A DNA stretch of 64,000 nucleotides, taken from assembly GCA_012295275.1 (NCBI GenBank), contig CM022671.1, forward strand, positions 10,726,001 through 10,790,000. Direction: 5' to 3'. The notes under the pieces were generated by a model, which was given only the letters and a program-made list of their open reading frames with translations, did not search any database and was not told the origin of the DNA. The first letter of the stretch is position 1. Every line of letters starts with the position of its first letter. The position numbers were made by a program, and so were the translations under genes. This document shows, in pieces, positions 41,682 through 53,700 of this stretch. The DNA is from Chrysomallon squamiferum. Lineage: Eukaryota > Animalia > Mollusca.

Positions 41682-41780
41682 CTCTTTTACTTCATGGTGC
41701 TTTCTTTTGACTTTTGCTGATAATGTCCTTAAACCATTCGGTATCCTTTGCAATAATGTTTTTACTGCTGTTGCCATCAT
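41682..41780 (-). CDS. Candidate first coding exon (33 aa, basic, targeting-peptide-like)
   Basis: MMATAVKTLLQRIPNGLRTLSAKVKRKHHEVKE followed by the donor GTTAGT, directly downstream of a CpG-rich patch. A possible 22-nt next exon lies at 41045-41066 (tacag/gtaag). No homologue recognised. Confidence 0.3.
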
Positions 41781-42200
41781 GATTGTACACCGGTATTCTA
41801 TACGTTTTGACCAAGAAATACAGCCTGTGCCAATGTGAATGTCGGTTTAAATCCAATTTTAATGTAAACAGAATTGTCCGATTATGTTGAAAACGAAAAC
41901 ACGAGAAGTTAGAACTCTTGACTTGCTGTCAAAATACGGAATTGCCCCAACATTAAATAAAATTAATATGGTTCATTTAAAATTTACATTATATTACACG
42001 TGTTGAAATTTTTAGCTGGAGGCTGACATATTGGAGAAATAGCGAGGGAGGTAACTCTGAAATGTTTTATAACGAAAATATAAACAAACCGCCACGAGTC
42101 CATTCTATGTTCAACTTGTTAGAAAAATGAAACGCGGCATTGATGACGGAAGAAATTTATATTTAAAAACACTCAAAGACATACAATTCTCGTTGATATC
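41730..42200. promoter_or_regulatory. CpG-enriched, promoter-like patch
   Basis: About 17 CpG in ~470 bp (hand count) against CpG-poor flanks. Confidence 0.4.
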
Positions 42201-42395
42201 TTATCTTTTAAGACAGTGTGGGGTTTTTATTTATTTATTTATTTATTTATTTTTGCGGGTTTTTTTTTTTTAGTGGCGTTTATTCTTTTCTCTTTTTTCC
42301 TTATTGTTTTCTTTCATCATTATACTTTTTCATTTAAATTTTTTTTAAATTTTAATTTTGTTGTTGTTGTTGTTAATTCTTTTAACATGTACACA

Positions 42396-42426
<31 letters not shown>

Positions 42427-43942
42427 TGTAAAATAACTTTCTTAAAGGGTTTCAATTCTGTTTAAGCCTAATGAAGTACATTTGTCGGTATTTTTGTACA
42501 AGTCAAACGTCTTCATTTCATTAATGTTTATTGACGATATATTAAACTTACAAAACTAATAATGAACAAGCAAGGCACAGAGTTATAAAATGTTTTTATA
42601 ATGCGCTATATATTTTTGATAGCTGTTGTTATTATTATTATTATTATTATTTTTTTTTTTTTTTTTTTATCAACATCATCAGTGTTGTTATTTTGTATAG
42701 TTCTTATTATTATTATTTGTATTGTTATTATTTTGCAGGACATAGCCAATCACACAAGGGTGACCCCCATGCAGAGAAAACTAGCATTGCAGAAGATTGT
42801 TGGTGCAGTGAACTCCAATAAACAGGCTTACCAGCAGTTAGCTTCCTGGGGTTTGGAACTAGACACAGCAACAATAATAGTACATAATCTTTTAATTTAA
42901 GCCTATTTTTCATAGCAGAATACTAGTTTATTGTTTTCTCTTTTAATAATAAATGACTACATTTTTAACTTGGCAGACTTATAGTTGCATGATAGGTAAG
43001 CTAGTATAATATTCCAATGGTATACAAATAATTGCATTAATTCAGCTGTTGTTATTGTTTCAATTAATCAAACTAATTTTACTTGCTGTTGCTAATTTTT
43101 TATATTTTGTCAGATGTTGTCAATTTAATCAACTGTTTTTATTGTTGTTATTACTAATATTACTGTTTTTGTTATTATTTTATTATGATTATTTATTTTT
43201 CTTCTTCTTCTTCTTCTTATTATTATTAGATGAAAAAGACTAATTAATTTTCTGCTACTAATTTTCAGATTGACGGTCGACTCCTTCCAATGGAAAAAGA
43301 GTTGGGGGCAAAGAATTCATGGCGGCACCTGAGGCAGATTTTGGACCCAAGGTCACACTGTCAAAGGTCATCTTGCCTGTCCCTCTGAGGAGCTGGATTG
43401 TCTTCAACAGATCAGAACTGAAACTTTCATTAGAGTATTCCAGGACAAAATAAACCCACAGGTAAGTTTTGAAAAAAATTTAGGTAATAAATATCCCCAG
43501 ACTGGTTTATTTAAAAATCCCTGTATTTAATTTCTCTGTTTTTTTAATAATAATAAGAGACATTTTTGTTTAAATGCCCAGTTACTGATTCTTTTATTGA
43601 CCCTAGAAATTAAGTTTTGTTTCTCTGTCATGTGTCAGTTCTCAATTTTTTATATTTTTTTTCTTTATTAGTAATAGATCAATTTTTATTTATTTATCTG
43701 TTTTCTAGTTTAACATTATTTTATAAATATTTATTTTTCTGTCCAGAACCAGATGGTTGTGGCCATTTGTCCAACCAGTCGTGATGACCGGTATGCAGGC
43801 ATAAAGAAACTTTGTTGTGTGAAATGTCCCATCCCTTCTCAGGCAATTAAAGACTGCAAACAAAGAGAAATGCATCGTGTAACAAATGTGTTTCTTAGAA
43901 TACCCTTTTTAAGTATAAAGTGCGTTTATGATATTTTGTATA

Positions 43943-44054
<112 letters not shown>

Positions 44055-45849
44055 GTTTAGTTATGCTTTTTGTTAAAAGATTTTACTGAATATTTTGCTG
44101 TAGTCCTTTATTCTACTGCAAGAGGAAGTATTCTAAAAAGAGATTTGTTTGTTGTGGGTGACCTAATTTAGATTCCTTTTTTTAATTAATTGTTTTCAGA
44201 AATATTTTAATTTTTCATTTGGTTAGAAATTTCACCCTGTCTTGCATTGTGTGTTTCAGATGATCGTTGCAGAAACCTTAAGCCATCCACAGAAACTGTG
44301 CAGTATTACACAGAAAATAGCTCTTCAGATTAACTGCAAACTTGGTGGGGAGCTCTGGGTCCTGGAAATACCTCTAGTAAGTTGCTCAGAACTTTGTTAA
44401 ATAGACCAACTTATGAAAGACAAATGATGATTTACGAAATAACAGAGGTCTCTTAAATTTTGGTCCATGTGTTAACATCAAAATGAGTAAATAAATAAAT
44501 AGTAAGTTAATTAAAACATTGTTATTGATATCCATTTTTTTAATGAAATAAACAGGATTTGTAGGACAATATAGTCACTTCAGCTTCATTTCAAATGCTA
44601 ATATGAAAAATGAATTTAAAAAAATGGGAAAAAAAATCTTTGTAGATACCTAGATAGATAGAATATTAACTTTCAAAGTAACATCACAGTAAATTATTCA
44701 AAGTTTTTAAAAAAAGAAATTAAATTATATAAAACATATACAATTTCTTAATTTCATTTAAAATGACAACATAAAAATATGTTTTTTCTTATTCAGATTA
44801 ATTTAAAACACTGGTACTTATAGAGATTTTTGATAAAACAAACATTCCAATACCAAGTTTTTAATAACATAAGGAATAATTTATCCAGTATTTTCACTTT
44901 CTTAATTTCTTTGCAAATGCCAGTATGAAGAAAACGAAAGTGTTAAATGTTTGGGTTTTTTTCAGAGTAATTTAATGGTGACTGGAATTAATGTATATCA
45001 TGATGTCATAAAGGATAAGCGATCTATTGCTGGGTTTGTTGCAAGTATGAACAAGACGTGTACGAGTTGGTTTTCAAAGTTGTTTTCAACTTCCCCATCA
45101 GGAGCTTGTCGATGTTTGATATCTTCACTGAGAAAATTCCATGAAGTAAGTTTCTTTGTTTTTATCGTTTTTGTTTTTAAGTTACCTGATTTTGATTTTT
45201 TAATTTTATTTTTTCATATATTGCTTTCTTTCTTTTTTCTTTCATTGTCTTTTCTTTCTTTCTTTCTTTCTTTCTAAATATATATATGGATGAGTTTCAC
45301 ATTTTGATAAAGTCTGTTTAAATTTTATTGACATTTACCATGTTTGTGTCAGAAAAGGTCTATACATTTATTGGTAGTAATAGTGGTAGCTAGCTGCAGT
45401 AGCAGCAACAGTAGTAGTACGAGAAGTAGTTGATAGTGTGATACTGTTATTGTTGTTATTCAAAGATAAAATTTACAGAAATGTTGTGGATACTACATCA
45501 TTACTGTAATCATCTTCATGCATAATTATTATTATTAATATTAATATATTTATTCTCTTCATCATTTTCATTACAGTTTTTTTTTTTTTTTTTTTTTAAT
45601 TGTTTGTGTGTGTATATGTATATATAGTGTTTTTATTTTATTTTTTAAATAGGTGAATCACAAATTGCCAGACAAGATAATAGTGTATTGTGATGGTGTG
45701 TCTGATGTTCAGCTGAACACAGTGTCTGGCTATGAAGTCAAACAGCTTGAGAATTGTTTCGCACATTTTGGAGACTACATGCCTCAGGTGTCAGTCATCA
45801 TTGTTCAGAAACGAATCAACACGAGAATCTTCCACAATGTAAGTTTTAT

Positions 45850-46290
45850 TACACTTTATTATAATGCCCAGTGCAAAAGTGATATCCAGTGTATATCTTG
45901 TTATAATTCCCAGTCTCAGTCTTGTTATAATGTCCAATACAACATAAATTTTATTCTGTCCAGTTCAGTATCAAAACTTCTTATAATGTCTTCTTCGGTA
46001 TCTGTATTATTATAATATCAGGTTAAGTATATGTATTATTATAACATCCAATTAAATATCTGTATTATTATTATTATGATATCCCCAGTTAAGTATTATT
46101 ATTATTATTAGAATATCCAATTCAGTATCAAAACGTGTTATAATCTCTTGTTCAATATCTGTATTATGATAATATCCAGTTAAGTATGTGTTATTGTAAA
46201 GTCCAGTTCACAATCAGTATTGTTCTAATATAGAGTTCAGTATCAGTATTATTATAATGTCAGTTCAGGATCGTTATTATTATAACGTCT
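45850..46290. repeat. Degenerate ~25-28 bp intronic minisatellite
   Basis: Recurrent ttataatgtccagttcagtatc-like units. Confidence 0.75.
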
Positions 46291-47037
46291 TGTTGATACA
46301 AGTCAATTTGTTTATAACAGGACAGTTTAATATTTAGCAAATATTTTTTGCATTGAGTCAGTTATCTGTGTTGTTGGCAAAAAATAAACAATTAAAAAAA
46401 AATGTAAGCATATCCAATAGAAAGCTAAGAAAGCTTTAGTGCTTCAGTTAAATCACAACTGCTAGCAATTTAAAAATGGAATTTGTTCTGGCAGAGCGAA
46501 ATGACATAGCAGAAACTACCAGGTTCACTGTTACACTAAATATCATGAATGTTCTGAGAAACATTTATTTAAAGCTCGAGTCTTTTCAGGGTGGAGGAAG
46601 GCATGTAAAAGAGCAGAAGTGTTATTTTAGTTCATGTTTTATGCCAGAATCAACAGATTAGTTGCTTAATTAGGTACATGGATATACCATCTTCTGATGT
46701 CAAATTCTGTTACATTTGGCAGAAGTAGCTAATACTATAATCTGTAAAAATGATTCTGTAAATTGTTCTGTGTCCACTGACAATGGTACTTTATAGATAT
46801 AAACAGACTATAGTTATTGGGGATGTTATTATAGGTTTTCAGTGAGACAAAAATTTTGAAGTTTCATAGTAAGAAGTATTAAAAATATAAAGATTTATAA
46901 ATAAAAAATTTTAAATAAAAAAATTAAATTAAAAAATATATTTCTGTTTCAGACACCCAGAGATCTGCAGAATCCACCTCCAGATACAGTTGTTGATCAT
47001 ACTGTTACCAGAAGAGACTGGTAAGTAATCAAAACAC

Positions 47038-47070
<33 letters not shown>

Positions 47071-47245
47071 TGATCATTTTGTTTTAAATTATTAAAAAGG
47101 ATTCAGCTATGTGGTTAACTGACTATTTATTAGACAAAAACAGTAATTCTCATGTATGCAATCTTACAAACATTTCATTAATTAAAAAAAAGGGAAAACA
47201 TCTATAATATTGTTCTTGTTTGTTTTGTGTTTTTGATGGTGCTAA

Positions 47246-47276
<31 letters not shown>

Positions 47277-48549
47277 GAGTATGTGTCCTTTTTAGAATAA
47301 ATCTTTTGAGAAAATGGTACTGAGATAATATTTAAAAAAGGAACAAACTTTCTCGTTATCTTCCTCGTGTCTCAGCATGTATGACAGGGAGCTGTCTCTC
47401 CTACTCACTACATCATCATCCATGATGGGATCGGACTGCCTCCAGACAAGATGCAAAGACTGGCCTACAAAATGACACACCTCTACTTCAACTGGCCTCG
47501 GACAATCAGAGCTCCCGCACCATGTCAGGTATGCATATTTGTTGATATGGTAATTTTATATGTTGTCATGGAAACAAATATTGGTTGCTGGATATGTCTT
47601 TTATGGTTCAGAGATTTCATTCTGTAATCAAGATAAGATCTGAATACTTTTCTACTAGGTAGAAATTTGTCAGTCATTTTTGTGCCAGCTTCAAAGGACA
47701 TTTTCCAGGATGTTTCTTTAATTATATGAAAATTTATATGGTTTAACTTGAAATGTAATTCTATGTAATGTTTCTGTCACCAAAATAAAGTTAATATTCA
47801 AGTTTGAAATATAATTCTCAGTAACACTGGAGTGAGGTGGGGGTCTAATCAAAACAAAGATATTTATGTTTTGCTAGAGATTTTGTTTTATGCGCTGTTC
47901 ATTTAAATAAGAAAAAGTTACCATGGTTTTGTTTGAAACGTGTGTATTAACTCAAACTGTCATATTTTGGGGATTTGTTGGAGTTATTTATAAATCAAAA
48001 GAAATAAACATACATTATATATATAACGTGTGTGTGTGTGTGTGTTTTTTATTTCAAGTACTAATCATTTTTATTTTTTTTTTTTACTTTTTATTATAGT
48101 ATGCTCACAAACTGGCATATCTTGTTGGACAGATGTCACAAAGAACCCAGTGAATGTTTATCCGACACACAGAAGAAGAAAAAAATATAAGCAAAAACAC
48201 AAAACGAAAATGAAAATTGGATGGACATTTTTTTCTGTTAATTTATAAAATTTATATTACATTTATTTATTTTTGTAAAGCAAAACTTAGATGAGTTTTT
48301 AATAAATGTTACGAAAGGTACTTTTTGTTGTTGTTACTGCTTACAAAAAAAAAAAAAAAAAAAAAAAAAAATAAATAAATAAATAAATAAATAAAAAAAA
48401 AAAAATAAAATTTTAATTTAATTTAAATAATAATAATAAAAAAATAATATATATATATATATAAATAAAAAAAAAAAAAAAAAAAAAATAAAAAAACATA
48501 ACATAAAAAAAAAAAATACCAAAAAAAAAAAAATAAAATAAAAAAAAAC

Positions 48550-48900
48550 TGGTGCCCGTTTCAATTGCGCGTAGACTTAATTACTAAAATAACACCTATT
48601 ACAGAGTACCGGTCACTTCTTATAAAAATGGCAGAAATTGTTCGAAATAATCTTTTGTTTTGACGAGGTTAGTTGAATTAAATTATATCGGAAAATATTT
48701 AATTTTAGATTATGACAGTCAGCTGTAGCGTTAGATAAATATAAACGAGAGCATTGTAATTTGGAATATGTAATGACTGGTCCATGGAACTGGAAAAACA
48801 ACAATAGTAACGACCCCCCCCCAAAAAAATAAATAAAAATTTAAGCAGATAAACATGCGAAAGACAGTTGATAATAGATTTGATTAATAATCGAAAATAA
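48550..48900. promoter_or_regulatory. CpG-enriched, promoter-like patch at the strand-polarity switch
   Basis: About 12 CpG in ~345 AT-rich bp (hand count), flanked by low-complexity A/TAA tracts. Confidence 0.35.
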
Positions 48901-48940
48901 AGTATTACTCACAACTACACCTTCCCTTATGCACAAAAAT

Positions 48941-48987
<47 letters not shown>

Positions 48988-49619
48988 TCCACAATATATT
49001 AATGGATATTAATATACATTTAATTTAATTAGTTATAATTATCCAAAATTATTTAATCTGTATTCTAATGTCTTTAAACATATAAAGAATTAAACAGCTG
49101 AATTCATATCATAGTTCTGAACTTTAAATTAGATAATAAAAAGGATAACAGTGGGCCATTGTTTGATACTAGTGAAGCTGCTTTATTAAGTCTCGGTAGA
49201 AACCTAGCCACTGGCTTACCAGATTGAGATGTCAGTGACCATTATTTTCAAACTGACAGTTGAAATGCCAAGCTTATTTTACATTGATTTTAAGTTTTGA
49301 AAGGTATAAGTAATCAGCCATTTTGAATTTTGATATTTTATAAAGTTTTCTAAATTTTATTTTAAACTAGATAATTACTCAGTTAAGTAAGTCTACTAAT
49401 GAATGATACTTTGTCCTGAAAAATCAATTCATTTTACTAATGATATTTAATTTTTCATTTTTTTTTTTTTTTGTTTGTTTCAGAATTACCAGTACTGATA
49501 TGAGATAAAAATCATTCTTTGAATAACGATGTTAGGATGTGTTTTGGTAAGTTTATACAAAATACTTAAGCTATATCCTGTGTTTAAATGTCAGAAAATC
49601 ATAGAGTAACTGATAATCT

Positions 49620-50660
49620 GCGATATTATTTTTATAGTGTAATGTATGGTGCAAAGTATAATTTTGATTATCGATATAGTGGTCATGATCTAAAATTTGG
49701 CAGGTGTGTTAGCTGCTCAGTCTCTAACAGAGTTGTCTGTTAACTAAATCTGTTATCAATTCATTGATTTCTTATAGTTAATTTTTCTTTCACCTGCACT
49801 GTCATTTTCCTTTTTCTTGGAATGGATATTTATTTTTAAATGTTATGAGTTAAAATAATAAGAATCAAATCATTTTTGTGAATCATTCACTGTTTCTGCC
49901 AATAGCTGATCATTGTTTCCAGCTGCTGTTATGTTACACATTTATTCAAATACTTTTGCTTAATCATTCAGATTTTTAAATATTCATTTAATTCATAGTT
50001 AATTAGTCATTTTAATAATAATAATATTATAAAAAATAAAAAAATTGGTGACATTACTTTTTGTTTAAAAGCCCCTGACTGAAATATTAAAATTTAAAAT
50101 TTCTCATAAATAAATAAACAAAAATAATACAATTTAATTTGTTATAATTATAATATACATCTGTGTACAATTTTATATATTTCTAAATGCTTAAACTGAG
50201 ATTAAATAAAACAATAATAATGATAATAATAATAATAATAATGAAACATCTGCTGATGCAGTGTTGATATTAATCTGTGCATCATGCATTTGTTGTCAGT
50301 CTTCTAAACTTAATAAATAATAAAATAGTTATTATTAAAAATAAATAAATTATAAAAATAAAAATTAGCTAGTCATTAAGATTTAGAATGTACTCAATAT
50401 GAAGCAAACAATCCATTTATTCAAATCAGTGCTTTAATTTTATACCTAAGAAGGTATAAAAATGCTAAATTTACAGCAATCTATATAAATCAATAAGTCT
50501 ATCTATCCACTAGAGAAATAAACACAACACCTCAGTGAAGGTTCACGTTAATTATTTAATTATGATATTTGCTGCTCCTTGTTGTTTTCTAGCTTGTTAA
50601 AGGTTTCGTATTCGTCATTCAAAAACATTTGGTTTCCTCGCCTACCTGAATTCTCATCTT
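49620..50660 (-). repeat. Inverted inner modules plus blocks C and B
   Basis: Shares diagnostic variants (aactataagaaatcaatg, gccaaattttagat, ttgaataaatg, aatgcatgat) with 19340-22660 rather than with the outer array. Confidence 0.85.
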
Positions 50661-50719
50661 CACCATTTATTTCACTCTCTCTTACTTCTCTATGCTCTGT
50701 TCTCTTCTCTTTTTTAATT

Positions 50720-53700
50720 ACCTTGAACCTTGAACAAAATTAATGTGCTAATCAGAGCAAGCTGTTGCGAAGCACGTCTACGACAGACATGCTTTCTGAC
50801 AGGTCAGCGGGCATGTCTGTCGCAGAAAAGAGTTTTGGCTAAGGAAAGAGAATGGGTTCTCGTTACGATTACAGGACACAAGGGAGTGTCCAGCATATTG
50901 GATTGTAACGAATCGGTTGCAATGTTTCGTTGATGTTTTCTGCTTCTTGTTGTTTCCAGCACTTGTCTTGCTCACTGAATGTCTCGTATTCATCACCGGG
51001 TCCGTGTTGGTTCCGTCTGCTGTTGATGTTTCCTTGGTTTTTTTTGGCTGCTTCCCTCTGGTCCAACAATTCCAAAGTTTTTTTTCTTTCCAAATGTCTT
51101 TTTATTAATTATAAAATGCTATAAACACCTGCAACTAAGAATAAGAACATGAGTATAGTTAACTTATTTACTTTTATTATGTACATTTAAAAAAAACAAA
51201 AAACAAAAAACAACTATAACCGGGTTAGTATGGTCCGAAAGTAAGTTTGTATGGTTTTGTTTTTAATTATTAATTTAACTGGTTATTCAGATTGATCCGT
51301 CAATCAGTCGATCCATCCAAAGATCAATCAGTTGGACAACCAATCAACCTGTAAGTCAGTAAATTCATTCGATTGTTGTTCATTTTTTTTTTTTTTTTTG
51401 GACATGAAAATATTCATCTCCAAGAGTCTAAAGTTTGTATTTTGTGTTCAGTGTCCGTTACTGCAGTGAGGACTAACTCTCTGTCTTTCGTGTTTGTTGC
51501 CAAGATGTTTTGGAGCCTGAAATTGATTTTTAGTTCCTCCAGTGTGTTACGTAGTGCTTGTCTTTCCTTGGCGAAATTGTGACAGTGAAACAAGTAGTGT
51601 TTGATGGTTTCAGAGAGTGCACAGCTGCAGTTGGATGATGTGGTGTTGTGGTATTTGTATCAGATTGCAGTTAAGTTGGTCAAGTAACCAATTCTTACTT
51701 TGCTGAGATTGTTGGCGAGTGTGATTTTGAGTGTTTTGGTTAGTGGTTTGATGTTCAAGTGCCATTTGTTTTTGGTGTTGTTCCATTCGTTTTGCCACTG
51801 CTTGTCATAATGTTTGGCTGCGATGGAGAGAATTTCGTTTATTCCATAGTGTATATCGGTGCAGATGTCTTTGGCTTTAATGCTAAGTGACTCTTTGGCA
51901 TAATGGTTGGCAATAATTGCCGATGATGCTGACATGTGCTGGGAGCCACTTGATGATTAGTTGTTTGTCGTTGTGTTGTATGACCTCATGTAGATGTTGT
52001 ATTCTGCTGAGTAGGTCTGGTCTGCTGGAATGTCCAGATTGTACTGAGATGACGGAACTTAGGCTGTACGAGAATATGACTGTGTGTTTGTTGTTGTGTT
52101 TTCACCCACAGCATGGCTCTGACGATGGCAACCAATTTGGCAATGTACACTGAAAGGTGATTTCTGATACGGCTGAATTGTATGCTTGTGGGTTTGTTTG
52201 TGTGATCTTGGGCTACAAAGGCGAATCCTATTCTCCCGTGTAGATGTGTAGATGTGCGTGTGTTGTTTGTAGTTGTCGTTTGCTGCTGCTAGAAATATGG
52301 CTTTTTTGAAGGGTGTGAACTCTGTTTTCTCTGTTTCTGTTTTGATCAGGAAAGGTGTGTTTATTGCTGGTTTTGTTTCTTTGTGGTATGCTGGCAGTGG
52401 CATTTCTCCTAATCCTGTTTCCCTTTCGATTTTGTTGGCTGTTGTCAGGAAATTCGATAGTAGTGGATTATGCGATTTAAAGGGTTGCCCTATTCTTTGT
52501 TGGTCGGGGACCAGATCTTTGACAGGGTGGTCTGTGTTCAGGGTGTGTATTTTCAGGTTGTATTTCAGTAGCTGCAGCTTTCTTCTGTATTTCAGTGGTT
52601 GGATGCTGTATTCTGACAGGAGGCTGTCAGATGATGTTGTGTTTGGTAGGTGGCCGATCACTCTGAGGGCGCTGGATTGAAGTGTGTCTAGTTTTTTTGA
52701 ACAGTGTTCAGGAGCATTCGAGAGCAACGTGGCTCCGTAGTCGAGCCTGGAGAGAATACACGCTTTGTTCATCAAAATTAGTGTTGACGCGTTTGCTCCC
52801 CAACTGGTTCCGGAAATTAGCTTTAGAAGATTGAGCGTTTTTTTGCAGGATGCAATTATGTTGTGTATGTGGCATCGGAAGTTGAGTTGACTGTCGAATG
52901 TCACACCTAGAAATTTGAATGTCTTTGTTTGTGTTATGATGTTGTTGTCGATGTTGAGTGTGATCTTGCTGTTGTCTGATTTCTTGTTGAAAAGGAGGCA
53001 CGTCGTTTTCGAAAGAGGAAATCTTTATGCCCCATTTCAACGCCCAATTGTTTATGTTGTTTAAGTCTTTTTGTATTTGTTTCTGTATTGCTGCTGTCGA
53101 TCTGCCTGCCCACCAAAAGGCGCAGTCATCTGCAAAGAGTGCTGTATTTATCAGTTCCTTTGGCGGATTTCTGGCGTTGTCTTGTTGGTCGAGTGCTGTG
53201 ACGATGTTGTTGATGTAGATGTTGAAGAGTGTGGGCGAGATCTCAGATCCTTGTGGAATGTCGTTTTCTCAGAGGTGTGACCGTTTACTTTGACTGCTAT
53301 GGTTCTGTTGTTGATAAAGTCTTTGATAAAGTTGAACATGTTGCCTTTGATGTTGTTGTTGATTAATTTAACTAGCAGTCCTTCCCTCCATACCATGTCG
53401 AATGCTTTTTCAATGTATAGGAATACTGTGTTGAATTTTTTTTATTTAATAAAAGATTGGTTGATTGATGTTTGCAGGCGTGTGATCTGGTCATTTGTGC
53501 TCTGTTTCTTCCTGAAGCCGCTTTGATATTTGCTGATTAAATTGTTGTCGTTTAAATGCTGGCTCAGGTGTGTGTTGATCATCGTTTCCAGTGTTTTGCA
53601 TGCGTGACGTCAGTGTGATCGGTCTGTAGCTGTTGGGTAGTAAGTGATCTTTGTGTGGTTTGGGCAAACTGAAACATTCGGCATGTTTCCAGTTTGTTGG

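Noticed and set aside
47560-48875. RFX-like gttgtcatggaaac (~47562) and MYB-like cagttg (~48865) as cluster-promoter motifs
   Set aside because: Single short matches are expected by chance in 64 kb.
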